A DNA stretch of 37,677 nt from Candidatus Caccovivens faecavium (lineage in GTDB: Bacteria; Bacillota; Clostridia; Christensenellales; UBA1242): NCBI GenBank assembly GCA_018715545.1, contig DVLK01000003.1, positions 1 to 37,677 on the forward strand, read 5' to 3'. The stretch's first letter is position 1; each line of letters begins with the position of its first letter. The notes beneath the pieces are model-generated. The model saw nothing but the letters and a program-made list of their open reading frames with translations, did no database searches and was not told the origin of the DNA. The position numbers and the translations under genes were made by a program. Shown one piece after another: positions 1 to 9,460 of the stretch.

Positions 1-30
1 AATTGTTTTTATAAGTCCATATTGCTTCAT
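1..30 (-). CDS. 5' end of an unnamed tail-module ORF (MKQYGLIKTI...) that continues beyond the left edge
   Basis: ATG at 30-28 on the minus strand, 6 nt downstream of an AGGAG that lies in the 3' end of the preceding tail gene. Its position matches that of a tail-assembly chaperone. Function was not verifiable. Confidence 0.35.
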   Translation of the reverse strand, partial: MKQYGLIKTI

Positions 31-31
31 A

Positions 32-634
32 CTATGCTCCTATAGTGGAATCTGGAATATAAATTTCATCTTGCACATCTACCCAAATATCTGAATTGAT
101 TTTGCTGTTTAAAATTGTATAAGTAACCTTCTCTTCTTGGTCATCAGCATTGATGTAATTGTATGGATAAACTTTCACATTTAAGGTCAAGTTCCTAATT
201 GTTTTCCCGTCAAAACTCATTGATGACAAACTTGGAAGAGAGAACACTGCCCTATACATTGTGAACATAGATTCCGAACCATCGCCCACACTTGAATAAT
301 AACCAAAAGCGACTTCTTTCGACTTTCCATTGCTTTTGATAACAATTGCACCATTTTTATCTTCTATAACATCAAAAAATTTGCTATAAACTTGAAAAGG
401 AAGAACTGCAAACTTGACTGTGCCTTCCCCTGTTATTTGAGTGTTGAGACGAATAAACGAAACATTGTCATCAGCATTTATTTCTGTCGTTTCAGATTTG
501 AATTCAATTGCAACTTCCATAAGTCCTTCGTGATACTCTTTCTCGCCAAAGCTTCCATCTTCAGTTACTGATGCCGCAAAGAACTTTTTGTTTCCTGTCT
601 CATAAAGTTGAGACACATTTTCTATCGTTGGCAT
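32..634 (-). CDS. Major tail protein (phi13/TP901-like), called from position and size
   Basis: 200-aa ORF directly after the head-tail joining genes, with a beta-rich composition typical of siphovirus tail tube proteins. No catalytic motifs. Confidence 0.55.
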   Translation of the reverse strand: MPTIENVSQLYETGNKKFFAASVTEDGSFGEKEYHEGLMEVAIEFKSETTEINADDNVSFIRLNTQITGEGTVKFAVLPFQVYSKFFDVIEDKNGAIVIKSNGKSKEVAFGYYSSVGDGSESMFTMYRAVFSLPSLSSMSFDGKTIRNLTLNVKVYPYNYINADDQEEKVTYTILNSKINSDIWVDVQDEIYIPDSTIGA

Positions 635-645
635 ATTCGCTCCTT

Positions 646-1071
646 TTAACTAAATAATTTGTAAAGTGTTAAAGGATAATGAAAAAGTGAAGTTTCTGAC
701 TCAAAAATTTCATCAGCAAACTCCACTTCGTATCCATTATCAATAAAACTATTTTCTAATAATTCCAGCAAATCAAGATTATCCTTACTGTCAAAACTCT
801 TTTTGCTGAAAACATCTATTGCCACAATAACTTCTTTTAAAAAATCGCTATTGTCTGCAACGATTGAATACTGACTTGTCGGAAAGTAATAAGCAACATA
901 ATTTGTTTTATTTCTTGCTTTTGGATTACGAACCACACCATGCCAAAACAATGTTTCTTTCGCTTCATCTATTTCCTTGTCCGACAAGCCTATCCCTTCT
1001 TTTAAACCTGCATTTTTTAGTATTGAGATTATCTCTTTTCTACACTTTTTCCTTGCTTCAATAGTTCTCAT
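646..1071 (-). CDS. Head-tail joining / tail-completion protein (HK97 gp10-like position)
   Basis: ORF in the connector module. I moved the start to the ATG at 1071 (MRTIEARKK...) because a GAGG lies 6 nt upstream. The tracked start at 1113 would overlap the upstream gene by 56 nt. Confidence 0.45.
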   Translation of the reverse strand: MRTIEARKKCRKEIISILKNAGLKEGIGLSDKEIDEAKETLFWHGVVRNPKARNKTNYVAYYFPTSQYSIVADNSDFLKEVIVAIDVFSKKSFDSKDNLDLLELLENSFIDNGYEVEFADEIFESETSLFHYPLTLYKLFS

Positions 1072-1420
1072 ACATAACCTCATCAAACTCTGGCGCCAAT
1101 ACTTGATTGGCATTTATAACCAAATCTGTGTGATTAAATTGATACTTATCTATTGAAACAATTTGATAGGTGTTTCCATTAAATTCAATGAATAGTTCAT
1201 TATTTATTTTAGGATTGTATACTATCTTAAATTGTGTTGTTTCTTCGATTTGTACTGCTTTCGCCGAGAACCTTTCATTCTCTGATAATTGCCTTACATA
1301 TGCCCAAATTCCCCCACTTTCTTTGCTATGGATATAAATCTTTACCACTTGTTCATAGGAGTCAACGAGCCTTGTTTCAAGCCTAAAAATCTGCACTTTC
1401 TTGTCTTTATTCTCTTTCAT
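1058..1420 (-). CDS. Head closure / head-tail adaptor protein
   Basis: 120 aa. The pattern ...IWAYVRQLSENERF...TQFKIVYNPKI...GNTYQIVSID resembles the SPP1 gp16/HK97 gp9-type head-tail adaptor family. Its start overlaps the stop of the upstream gene at 1420. Confidence 0.55.
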   Translation of the reverse strand: MKENKDKKVQIFRLETRLVDSYEQVVKIYIHSKESGGIWAYVRQLSENERFSAKAVQIEETTQFKIVYNPKINNELFIEFNGNTYQIVSIDKYQFNHTDLVINANQVLAPEFDEVMYENY

Positions 1421-1692
1421 TAAAACTCTTTTCTCCTATACTCCGAAAGTAAAACTGCAACATTGTTTTCAAGCTCTTTTACATTTGTTTGTTCTCTATT
1501 TGTGTAATAAGCAGAAACAATGTATTTTGCAGTTTCCTTAATGGTTGCAGGTATTTCTTCGAACTCTGAAAGTGGATATCTCAATACCTTTTCAATTATG
1601 TTTTGTGCTAGGTTTATAAAATCTAATATGAGGGAATCTAAATAATCTCCATCTATACCTAGATAAACTTTCATTTCTTCAACTGTTGGCAT
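1420..1692 (-). CDS. gp6-like head-tail connector (DNA-packaging) protein
   Basis: 90 aa. The N-terminus MPTVEEMKVYLGIDGDYLDSLILDFINLAQNIIE is typical of the Phage_connect_1/gp6-like family. Synteny after the capsid gene fits. Confidence 0.6.
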   Translation of the reverse strand: MPTVEEMKVYLGIDGDYLDSLILDFINLAQNIIEKVLRYPLSEFEEIPATIKETAKYIVSAYYTNREQTNVKELENNVAVLLSEYRRKEF

Positions 1693-1707
1693 GTGGTTCT
1701 CCTTGTT

Positions 1708-2082
1708 TTAATCTTCTATTGCATATCTTGGTTCTGCTAGAATTGCATAAATAGTGCCTGTGATAACACTATCTGCAACTTTCGCAACTTTAACGTAAAA
1801 TTCTGTAGCATCATAGTGTGCAAGTTCATTTGCTACAACATCAATGCCAGACACAATGTTTGCACCAATTGTGATTGTTTTCTCTTTAACTACAATTTCT
1901 TCTTCATCTTTTGTGATGCATACAAACACTGTAGTTTTTACAGCATCTCCTTCGCCTGACTCAATGATAACTTTCGCTGATTGATAGTTATCAAGTTTAA
2001 TGTTATCAGTTTGAATATCAGAAGCAAAAATTGCTCCTGACTCTTTCAAAATTTCAGATTTATTTGTAATGTATTGACTCAT
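1708..2082 (-). CDS. Hypothetical head-module protein (possible decoration or auxiliary protein)
   Basis: 124-aa ORF between the capsid and connector genes, with an AGGTAGG-type RBS. No recognised motif. Confidence 0.5.
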   Translation of the reverse strand: MSQYITNKSEILKESGAIFASDIQTDNIKLDNYQSAKVIIESGEGDAVKTTVFVCITKDEEEIVVKEKTITIGANIVSGIDVVANELAHYDATEFYVKVAKVADSVITGTIYAILAEPRYAIED

Positions 2083-2100
2083 TATTTTTACCTACCTTTT

Positions 2101-3468
2101 TTAATTTCGTTTTGCAAGTGCAATAAATGGACTTACTGATGCACTGCCCTTGTATGGCATAAGTGCTTTATTCCAAACTGGTTGTCCATCAACTCTATAA
2201 ATAAAGCGGAATACATTTTCATCATAAAGGAAACGAACGTGAATTGATGATGTTGCATTGATGCCACCCTTATCAATTAAAATGTATTGACTGAAGTCTG
2301 CAAGGATAATATCTCCCACTTCGCCAATTGCAGAACATTGTTCAAGAGGAACAACAGGACGACCAAAGAGTGTTCCGTATGGTGCTTCAGAAAGTCCGCC
2401 AGCAGGAATATAAACAGGTTTATCGCCCACTTTCAATGTATAAAGCAATGGTTCGATTTCAGGATTGATATACCATACTGAATTTGCTCTTGATCTCGAC
2501 CACATTCTTGACCACATTTTAACCAAGTTTTCTACTGTGATCTTATCAGTCTGTCCTGCCTCTTTTTCTACTTTTACAAGCGAACCTGAATTAAGAATTC
2601 CAAGTGGTTGTCCAGCACCAGTACCTGCAAGAATTGCATCATCGATTTTAAATCCAAACTCTTCTGCAAAACCTTCACGAATAACATTTTCAAGTGCTGC
2701 TGAATCTTGTAGAAGTTCATCTGTTACATAGCAAAGTCCAGTAAGTTTTTTAAGGGACAATTCCATTGTTCTAAATTTTGGTTTGCTACCAGTAAGTTTA
2801 TCAGCTTCATTCTCCCAATAAGTTTGAATTCCACCCCAACGTGAACCATTTGCTCTAGAATCTTCATCAATTGCATTAATTTTAATACCATTCGCATTTG
2901 TAGAAAGTGGAATTTTCTTTACTTTTGAAGCAAGAATACCTGTTTCATAAGTTCTCTTCAAAAGGTCAGCAACAAAATCTTTTTGCACTAAAAAACCACC
3001 ATCGCTTGGGTTTGTTTCATTCAAACCGCTTGCTGATCTGGTGGTCAATCTTCTATCTAACCTTCCGCCTGGCATTGATGCTCTATACACTGCCATCATT
3101 TGTTCGCCAAGACTTCTAAATTTTCTTTCTTCATCTTTCTTTGGATCATCTTTAATAACTTCATCTTCATCAGCTTCGCCAGCACTATCATTGGTTGTGT
3201 TTGCTGTTGGTTTTGTCTGTGTTGGAGATGATTCTACATCTGGTTTTACATCATCTACATCATTTGAAGACTCATTTGTGTCATTTTTGAACACTTCTAG
3301 TCTAATAATTTTCTTTTCCCAACCTCTCATTTCTTCTTCAAGATTGTTGAGTTCTCTATTTTCTTCTTCTGTAAGGAATCTATCTTCCTTTTCTGCCTTC
3401 TCAATAATTTGAAGTGCTTTAAGTCGGCAATCGTTCTTTCTTGCCTTCATCTCTTTAATTGAACGCAT
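2101..3468 (-). CDS. Major capsid protein, HK97 family, with an N-terminal coiled-coil delta/scaffold-like domain and an acidic low-complexity insert
   Basis: 455 aa following the prohead protease. It has an N-terminal coiled coil (KEMKARK...EEENRELNNLEEEMRGWEKK) and an HK97-like body (RSLGEQMMAVY...GG...LVQKDF...). GGAGG lies 6 nt upstream of the ATG. Confidence 0.85.
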   Translation of the reverse strand: MRSIKEMKARKNDCRLKALQIIEKAEKEDRFLTEEENRELNNLEEEMRGWEKKIIRLEVFKNDTNESSNDVDDVKPDVESSPTQTKPTANTTNDSAGEADEDEVIKDDPKKDEERKFRSLGEQMMAVYRASMPGGRLDRRLTTRSASGLNETNPSDGGFLVQKDFVADLLKRTYETGILASKVKKIPLSTNANGIKINAIDEDSRANGSRWGGIQTYWENEADKLTGSKPKFRTMELSLKKLTGLCYVTDELLQDSAALENVIREGFAEEFGFKIDDAILAGTGAGQPLGILNSGSLVKVEKEAGQTDKITVENLVKMWSRMWSRSRANSVWYINPEIEPLLYTLKVGDKPVYIPAGGLSEAPYGTLFGRPVVPLEQCSAIGEVGDIILADFSQYILIDKGGINATSSIHVRFLYDENVFRFIYRVDGQPVWNKALMPYKGSASVSPFIALAKRN

Positions 3469-3469
3469 T

Positions 3470-4087
3470 CTAATCCTCCATAAATTTTAATTTTTGTTTT
3501 TTAATTTCAAGATTTCTTTTGTTTTTGTCTTTGCTCTTTTGTGCTTCCTTGTGTCTTTCAAAAATAGTCCTTATACCACATTCTGTTTGGCTATATGCTG
3601 GGAAAGTTACTGGACTAACATCATAAAGTTTGACTTTTAAAAGTTCCCTAATATCAATGTTATCTTCATAACTCCACCTGTCCAGAATGACTGTAAAGCC
3701 AAATGACATTTGTGTGATATCTCCTCTTTTAATACTCACAAGCAAGTCTTTCGCCCACTGTGTTTGTGGTGGTGTAATTCTCACTCTCAACCCTTTTTCA
3801 TCTTCTTCAAGTGATAAAGTGTTTGAAGTATTTCTTCCTAATACATAGTTTGGATCGTGATTAAACAACGCCCTTATATCATCTCTTTGTATGGATTCTT
3901 CAAACGCACCTTTTACAACTCGTTCTCTGAAAGGAAATTCTCCACCTAGTTCTTCACTCCACGAGTCAAACACCGAAGCATAGCCTTCTATAACTGGTTC
4001 AGCATTTGATGTCGGAAGTTCATCAATAATTCTCAATTCTTTTAAAGTTATCGTTCTTCTTTCAATTTGATTTTCTTTGTTCTCCAT
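3470..4087 (-). CDS. Prohead (maturation) protease, HK97/S78 family
   Basis: GYASVFDS..., LFNHD (His) and DITQMSFGF (Ser) motifs. The start is moved to the second ATG at 4087, because the AAAGGAG abuts the first ATG at 4093. Confidence 0.85.
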   Translation of the reverse strand: MENKENQIERRTITLKELRIIDELPTSNAEPVIEGYASVFDSWSEELGGEFPFRERVVKGAFEESIQRDDIRALFNHDPNYVLGRNTSNTLSLEEDEKGLRVRITPPQTQWAKDLLVSIKRGDITQMSFGFTVILDRWSYEDNIDIRELLKVKLYDVSPVTFPAYSQTECGIRTIFERHKEAQKSKDKNKRNLEIKKQKLKFMED

Positions 4088-5342
4088 TTTCATCTCCTTT
4101 ATTTTCTACATTCCCTGCACCTCCACTGTTTACTGGGTTGGTTTGCGCTGCTGAAATCATATTGCCATTCAACAAATACAAATCTCCACCTTGCTCTGGT
4201 GGAATTTTGTTCATATTTTCAAGAGCTCGAATTTCATTCGCACTCATCCAACCATTTTGTCTTGCGATTGCATAACCACTCATTCGAGTAGCAAAATCGC
4301 CACGCATTAATCCATCAACATTAAATTTTGAATAATAAATAGTTCTTTCTTCATCAGTCAGCAAGGTTCGTGAAATTGCTTGCTCCCATCTTACAAGCCA
4401 AGGTCTTATGGTATGAACAACAAAATCGATAGATTGATGCTCTATATTGCTAAATGTGCTTCGTGATAAATCGCCTATCATATGAGGCGGAACACGAAAT
4501 ATTCTGCAAATTTCAGTCAGTTGAAACGACCTTGTTTGCAGAAACTGACTATCTTCAGGACTCATGCCTATCTCGTGATATTTCATTCCTTCTTCAAGCA
4601 CGGCAATTTTGTGTGAGTTTGCAGTGCCTTGATAAACTTTGTTCCAACTATCTCTTAGTTTCTCTGGATCTTTTACTACCCCTGGATGCTCTAGCACTCC
4701 ACCTGGTCTTGCACCATTTCCAAAGAACCTTGCACCAAATTCTTCTGTCGCAAGAGCAAGCCCCATTGCTTCTCGTGCATATGTTATCGGACTCACACCA
4801 AGCACGCCATCAAAAGTAAAAGCAGGTATGTGAAATACCTGCTTTGATGTGTATGTTTTTGTTTTAACACCATTTGTGTATGTGTATTTTATAACCCTTG
4901 TTTTTGGATCTCGCTCCACTGTCATATTCTTGCTTTTTAATGGATATAGTTCTGTAATTTGCCCATATCTGTTTCGCCGAATAAGTGCATAAGCATTACC
5001 CCATAAAAGCAAGTTAGTCATCAACATTTCCCTAAATGTAAAACTAGTCATTTCGCTATTCGGTATTTCGTAGAGCACATTATATAAAGGATGTTGTTTT
5101 GCCTTTTCATAATCTCCGTTGGTTAATTCTTTCAATAAGTGTAAAGGCAAACTCGCTATTGTTTCGCTTATAACTTTAACACAAGCATAAACTGCTGAAA
5201 TTTTGAGTGATGTTTCTTCATCTACATCAACCCCACTATTGCTTGTGGCAGCATTATCTAGGTCAACACCTTTAATAAAATCACTAGTTTTCTTATCAAG
5301 TTCTCTTTTTTCTTCTTTCTTTTTACGACTAAATAACCCCAT
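4062..5342 (-). CDS. Portal protein, HK97 family
   Basis: Size and synteny fit (terL ... portal, protease, capsid). The start is moved to the ATG at 5342 (MGLFSRKKK), with AAAGGAG 5 nt upstream. The tracked start at 5372 lies inside a terminator hairpin. Confidence 0.85.
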   Translation of the reverse strand: MGLFSRKKKEEKRELDKKTSDFIKGVDLDNAATSNSGVDVDEETSLKISAVYACVKVISETIASLPLHLLKELTNGDYEKAKQHPLYNVLYEIPNSEMTSFTFREMLMTNLLLWGNAYALIRRNRYGQITELYPLKSKNMTVERDPKTRVIKYTYTNGVKTKTYTSKQVFHIPAFTFDGVLGVSPITYAREAMGLALATEEFGARFFGNGARPGGVLEHPGVVKDPEKLRDSWNKVYQGTANSHKIAVLEEGMKYHEIGMSPEDSQFLQTRSFQLTEICRIFRVPPHMIGDLSRSTFSNIEHQSIDFVVHTIRPWLVRWEQAISRTLLTDEERTIYYSKFNVDGLMRGDFATRMSGYAIARQNGWMSANEIRALENMNKIPPEQGGDLYLLNGNMISAAQTNPVNSGGAGNVENKGDENGEQRKSN

Positions 5343-5361
5343 CTCTACTCCTTTTGGGCAA

Positions 5362-5391
5362 CAAAAAACCACCCAAAAGTTTTGAGTGGTC
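5362..5391 (-). terminator. Rho-independent terminator after the 144-aa moron
   Basis: The minus strand reads ACCACTCAAAACTTTTGGGTGGT, a roughly 10-bp stem with one mismatch, followed by TTTTTTGT. Confidence 0.6.
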
Positions 5392-5395
5392 TACA

Positions 5396-5830
5396 TTATT
5401 TTATTCTGTTATATTTTTTTAATATTTCAAACCTAAAATCTTCAGTGAGTTTTTGCATTCTTTTTATTTCTGTATTAACTGATTGCAACTTGCTATAATT
5501 TTTCTTATATTCTGTTGAATTTATGAAATTTTGAATGTATCCGAAATCTATGGCGCACTGATGACAATAGTAATTCCTATCTCTTGCCAGATTTTTCAAT
5601 ATTTTATAATCTTCTTTGCTAAAATATGGTTTATTGTCACTATTATCTAGTTTTTGTAAAGCGTTTATTATTTGTCCTAAGCCATGAAAAGTTTTATCTG
5701 CATAATCAATGTTATCATTAAAATCGCCAGACAACATACCTGCATAAATCATTTTTAGGTCATTTTCTATAAGTTGGTAATTTATTATCGTGTCGCCCAG
5801 CAAATATTTATAATTATCAAAATTACTCAT
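5396..5830 (-). CDS. Stand-alone small alpha-helical protein with an RNxxxH (Rx4H) HEPN-like motif, carried as a moron between terL and portal
   Basis: 144-aa ORF with AAAGGAG RBS. The motif RNYYCH is at aa 85-90 (nt 5561-5578). The gene has its own promoter and terminator and is more AT-rich than its neighbours. Confidence 0.5.
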   Translation of the reverse strand: MSNFDNYKYLLGDTIINYQLIENDLKMIYAGMLSGDFNDNIDYADKTFHGLGQIINALQKLDNSDNKPYFSKEDYKILKNLARDRNYYCHQCAIDFGYIQNFINSTEYKKNYSKLQSVNTEIKRMQKLTEDFRFEILKKYNRIK

Positions 5831-5851
5831 TTTTTGCTCCTTTTAGGCAAC

Positions 5852-5880
5852 ATTATAGCATATTTTTATAAAACTTTCCA
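5852..5880 (-). promoter_or_regulatory. Sigma-A-type promoter for the moron
   Basis: Minus strand: TGGAAA (5880-5875), 17 nt spacer, then TGCTATAAT (extended -10, TATAAT = 5857-5852). It sits between the terL stop and the moron RBS. Confidence 0.5.
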
Positions 5881-5889
5881 TTTTTTGAA

Positions 5890-7452
5890 TTATAAAATTA
5901 AAATGCCACGTTCATTGTAAATGCTACCAGTATCTCCGTTATGGCGCAATGCTCTATCAAGTGCCATAATAAGTGCAACTGCACCATCTATCTTTTCGGT
6001 AGATTTTTCTTTATCTGGTTTTACATTGCCCGCTGGATCTGTCTTTACATAGACATTGTCCATCATCCAAGCAAGTACCTCGTTGCCACTATGAGCAATT
6101 TTCTTTTCAAGTACAAGTTTCATAAGTTCCTTTGTCGCTGGACTCATATCTTTATATCCTTGACCGAATGGAACAATTGTAAATCCCATACCTTCTAGGT
6201 TCTGCACCATTTGAACTGCTCCCCATCTATCATATGCGATCTCTTTTATATCGTATAAAGTTCCAAGATTTTCAATAAACTTTTCAATAAATCCATAATG
6301 AACAACATTGCCTTCGGTGGTCATTATAAGTCCTTTCTTTTCCCAAACATCATAAGGCACATGATCTCTTCGAACTCTTAAATCCAATGTTTCTTCTGGT
6401 AACCAGAAAAAAGGAAGTATCTCATACTTACCATCTTCATCTTCTGGTGGAAACACTAAAACAAAAGCAGTGATATCTGTCGTGCTACTTAAATCTAGTC
6501 CACCATAGCATATTCGCCCTTTTAGTCTTTCCCTATCAACATTAAATGAACATAAGTTCCATTTATCCATTGGCATCCAGCGAATCGATTGCTTTACCCA
6601 CTGGTTTAATCGTAACTGCCTAAACAAATTTTCTTCCGCTGGATTTTCTTTTGCGCTGTTAAATGCTTGCCTTAACTTATCAACATCAACCGTTATGTCA
6701 AGACTAGGATTTGCTTTGTACCAATTCTTTTCATCAGTCCAGTCAGCACCATCTTCTAGTCCATAAATAACAGGATAGAAAGTATTATCAATTTTTTTGC
6801 CATTTTGTATATCTTCAGCTTTCTGATGCACTTCCCAACAAATACTATTTCTATCTGTTCCTGCTGTTGTTATAAGGAAATATAGTGGTTGTTTCCTGGC
6901 ATCACCTGAACCTGTGAGCATAACATCATATAATGCCCTGTTCGGTTGTGCGTGCAACTCATCAAAAATAACTCCGTGAACATTGAGCCCGTGTTTAGTA
7001 TAACTTTCTGCAGATAACACTTGATAAAACGATTTCAGCGGAAGATAAACAATTCTTTTCTGACTTGCAAGTATTTTACATCTTCTTTTCAGTGCTGGAC
7101 ACTGATTTATCATTTCCACTGCCACATCAAAAACGATTGATGCTTGTTGTCTATCAGCCGCACAACCATAAACTTCTGCACCATACTCGCCATCTCCGCA
7201 AGTAAGATAAAGAGCCACTGCCGCCGCAAGTTCGCTTTTCCCTTGTTTCTTTGGAATTTCAATGTATGCTGTGTTATATTGCCTATAACCGTTCGGTTTT
7301 AATGTGCCAAATAAATCTCTCACGATTTTGTTTTGCCAAGGTAAAAGTTCAAAGTTTTTACCATACCAAACGCCCTTTGTATGCTTCAATGAATTGATAA
7401 AGGCAACTGCTCTATTAGCTAAAGCGTTGCCTTTCTCTTTTATATCATCCAC
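5890..7452 (-). CDS. terL: Terminase large subunit (Terminase_1 type)
   Basis: LLPWQ motif, Walker A PKKQGKSE and Walker B VIFDELH. RNaseH-like nuclease Asp motifs are present (GLDLSSTTD, AYDRWG, IDGAVALIMAL). The start codon appears to be GTG. Confidence 0.9.
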   Translation of the reverse strand: MDDIKEKGNALANRAVAFINSLKHTKGVWYGKNFELLPWQNKIVRDLFGTLKPNGYRQYNTAYIEIPKKQGKSELAAAVALYLTCGDGEYGAEVYGCAADRQQASIVFDVAVEMINQCPALKRRCKILASQKRIVYLPLKSFYQVLSAESYTKHGLNVHGVIFDELHAQPNRALYDVMLTGSGDARKQPLYFLITTAGTDRNSICWEVHQKAEDIQNGKKIDNTFYPVIYGLEDGADWTDEKNWYKANPSLDITVDVDKLRQAFNSAKENPAEENLFRQLRLNQWVKQSIRWMPMDKWNLCSFNVDRERLKGRICYGGLDLSSTTDITAFVLVFPPEDEDGKYEILPFFWLPEETLDLRVRRDHVPYDVWEKKGLIMTTEGNVVHYGFIEKFIENLGTLYDIKEIAYDRWGAVQMVQNLEGMGFTIVPFGQGYKDMSPATKELMKLVLEKKIAHSGNEVLAWMMDNVYVKTDPAGNVKPDKEKSTEKIDGAVALIMALDRALRHNGDTGSIYNERGILIL

Positions 7453-7464
7453 CCAACTACCCCA

Positions 7465-7731
7465 TTAATACTCATCAGCAAATATAAAGGTAGTTATTTC
7501 ATGACCATATTCCGTTATTCCAAACACTTTTCCTTCACTAGTTTTGTATAGTGCAACTATTCTATCTTTTGTTTTGATTGCATCATCATTGAGTTTCTTA
7601 TCACTTTCGCAAGTATCTCCCCAATCTCTTATAAAATATTTTCCAACAAGTGTATAGAATTCATCTCTAAATGTTTCGGACTCTTCCATTTTGTTTTGTA
7701 TTCGTTTTGATATAAATACACCTTTAGTCAT
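7465..7731 (-). CDS. Hypothetical small protein
   Basis: Start moved to the ATG at 7731 (MTKGVFISKR...), with GGAGG 6 nt upstream. It overlaps the upstream gene by 8 nt. No recognised motif. Confidence 0.5.
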   Translation of the reverse strand: MTKGVFISKRIQNKMEESETFRDEFYTLVGKYFIRDWGDTCESDKKLNDDAIKTKDRIVALYKTSEGKVFGITEYGHEITTFIFADEY

Positions 7732-7990
7732 TTTCAGCCTCCATACATTCTTTCTTGCCACGCATTATATAATTTTTAAGTTTTTGCTCTTGACTTATAT
7801 CTACCAATTCAATTATTTTGTTTATGTTATATAATGCTTGATAATAACTACCTTTGTAGACTGTATCTCTTAATTCATTGAAGTCATTTATTCTTCTTTT
7901 CTTTTTCAGAATGTTGCTAACTTTTGCAAGTATAAAATAGATATTTCCATCTGGTCCTGTGATATCAATATAAAGTTTTGGTCTTTGCAT
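7724..7990 (-). CDS. Hypothetical small protein
   Basis: 88-aa ORF with an AAAAGGAG RBS. No recognised motif. Confidence 0.5.
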   Translation of the reverse strand: MQRPKLYIDITGPDGNIYFILAKVSNILKKKRRINDFNELRDTVYKGSYYQALYNINKIIELVDISQEQKLKNYIMRGKKECMEAEND

Positions 7991-8013
7991 ACTCTTTTCT
8001 CCTTTTAATCAAC

Positions 8014-8063
8014 ACAAACATACCGTAAAGGCTGTTAGAAGTCCAGAGAAAAGCCGAAGAAAA
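8014..8063 (-). repeat. Copy B of a roughly 50-nt intergenic element (core AAGTCCAGAGAAAA[A/G]CCGAA), immediately after the ParB-methylase gene
   Basis: About 80% identical by eye to 13011-13066. Both copies lie directly 3' of a DNA methylase gene on the minus strand. Confidence 0.6.
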
Positions 8064-9440
8064 TTAAATATTTTCGACAATTTTAGTCGCACTTATAGGC
8101 ATCATTTTTCCATCTCTTTCCAAATAAATTTCTTTATCTCCAAATGCCTTGACAAAACGTTTTACAATAACATCGCAATATGTTTCAGACAATTCGACAT
8201 TATACGACTTTCTATTTAATTGTTCACTTGCCATAAGTGTAGAACCGCTTCCAGCAAACAAATCAAGAACTATCTCTCTTTCCCTGCTGCTATTTCTAAT
8301 AAGCTTTCCACATAGTGTTATAGGTTTCATAGTTGGATGTTCGACATTTTTGAGTGGTTTAGCATCACGAACAACATCACTCGGATAATTTTCTAAAATT
8401 TTATTTAATAGATCTAGCAATTCATCTTTTTTCATCTTGCTCAAATCTTTTGTGCTATCAAGTAATGTTGCCATTGTTCTATCGTGAATAAAATAATGTG
8501 GTTTACCATCTTCGACTTTCCAACCATACAGAATAGGTTCGTGTTGCCATTGATAGTCTGACCTACCAAGTGTAAAATGGTCTTTTACCCATACCAGTGT
8601 TTGTGATACTTTATATCCTGCATTTTTCATTGCTTCAATAAAATTCACAGATTCTTTTGTGCTATGGAACACATAGATTGCTCCACCACCTTTTGTTACA
8701 GCGAATGCGGTTTCATAGAATGACAACAAAAATTTGTAAAATGATTCATCATCTAAATTATCGTTTAATATACTACGATTCTCAATTTCTTTGCCTCTGG
8801 CTCTTGCCCTATCTTGTTCACTTGTTCCGTAGTCTATATTATAAGGCGGATCTGTTACGATGAGATCCGCCTGTTCATTATCTTCAAATAATCTTTCTAC
8901 TTCTTCAAGTTTAGTGCTGTCTCCACAAAGCAACTTATGGTTTTTAATATGCCAAATATCGCCTTTTTTTGTGAATGGTTTGTTATCTATTTCTTCAACA
9001 GCTTTTTCCACATTGAAGTTATCTTCGCTAACATTGTATTCTGTTCCTGCAAATAAGTCATCTAGTTCTTCAGTGTCAAAACCTGTCAGTGAAACAATTC
9101 CATTTTTATCTAGTTCTTTTAACAAGTCTGTAAGAAGTTCTGTATCCCATTCGCCACTTATTTTATTAAGCGCAATATTCAATGCTTTCTCTTTTTGTTC
9201 ATCTAGGTCGACAATAACACAATCTACTTCGGTATATCCTAGATGTTTCATAACTTCAAGGCGCTGATGTCCACCTACTACCGTGTTTGTTCTCTTGTTT
9301 AGTATAATTGGTTCTACATATCCAAATTCTTCAATGCTGTTCTTGAGTTTTTCAAACTCTTTATCTCCTGGTTTTAACTTTTTTCGTGGATTGTAGTCCG
9401 CCGGTTTTAAATCTTCAATTCTTAATCTTTCAATTTGCAT
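8064..9440 (-). CDS. ParB-like nuclease domain fused to an N6-adenine/N4-cytosine DNA methyltransferase (beta class)
   Basis: The N-terminus has ParB-type features (LKPADYNPRK ... GGHQRLEV). It also carries DPPY (IVTDPPYNIDYG) and a C-terminal FAGSGST SAM-binding motif. The start is moved to the ATG at 9440 (MQIERL), with GGAG upstream. The tracked start at 9476 lies in a terminator hairpin. Confidence 0.85.
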   Translation of the reverse strand: MQIERLRIEDLKPADYNPRKKLKPGDKEFEKLKNSIEEFGYVEPIILNKRTNTVVGGHQRLEVMKHLGYTEVDCVIVDLDEQKEKALNIALNKISGEWDTELLTDLLKELDKNGIVSLTGFDTEELDDLFAGTEYNVSEDNFNVEKAVEEIDNKPFTKKGDIWHIKNHKLLCGDSTKLEEVERLFEDNEQADLIVTDPPYNIDYGTSEQDRARARGKEIENRSILNDNLDDESFYKFLLSFYETAFAVTKGGGAIYVFHSTKESVNFIEAMKNAGYKVSQTLVWVKDHFTLGRSDYQWQHEPILYGWKVEDGKPHYFIHDRTMATLLDSTKDLSKMKKDELLDLLNKILENYPSDVVRDAKPLKNVEHPTMKPITLCGKLIRNSSREREIVLDLFAGSGSTLMASEQLNRKSYNVELSETYCDVIVKRFVKAFGDKEIYLERDGKMMPISATKIVENI

Positions 9441-9460
9441 TTTTATCTCCATATTTGCTA

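Noticed and set aside
3041-3412. Plus-strand ORFs of 60-175 aa antisense to strong minus-strand genes. Examples are 864-1064, 2287-2731, 2907-3412, 4067-4833, 8149-9267, 9963-10328, 17018-18251, 18824-19246, 19515-19880, 20253-20480, 21769-22011, 23140-23415, 24027-24302, 25862-26113 and 28932-29326.
   Set aside because: All lie opposite genes with clear family motifs and RBSs. Their translations are low-complexity (Ser/Leu/Phe-rich), lack an SD, and look like typical shadow ORFs of AT-rich coding DNA.
5343-5372. Longer N-terminal extensions given by the ORF track: portal 5372, ParB-methylase 9476, MetK 11679, protease 4093, XRE 32055, regulator 32156 (TTG) and connector 1113.
   Set aside because: The extensions either run through terminator hairpins (5372, 9476) or lack an SD. 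A downstream ATG with a well-spaced AAAGGAG/GGAG exists in each case.
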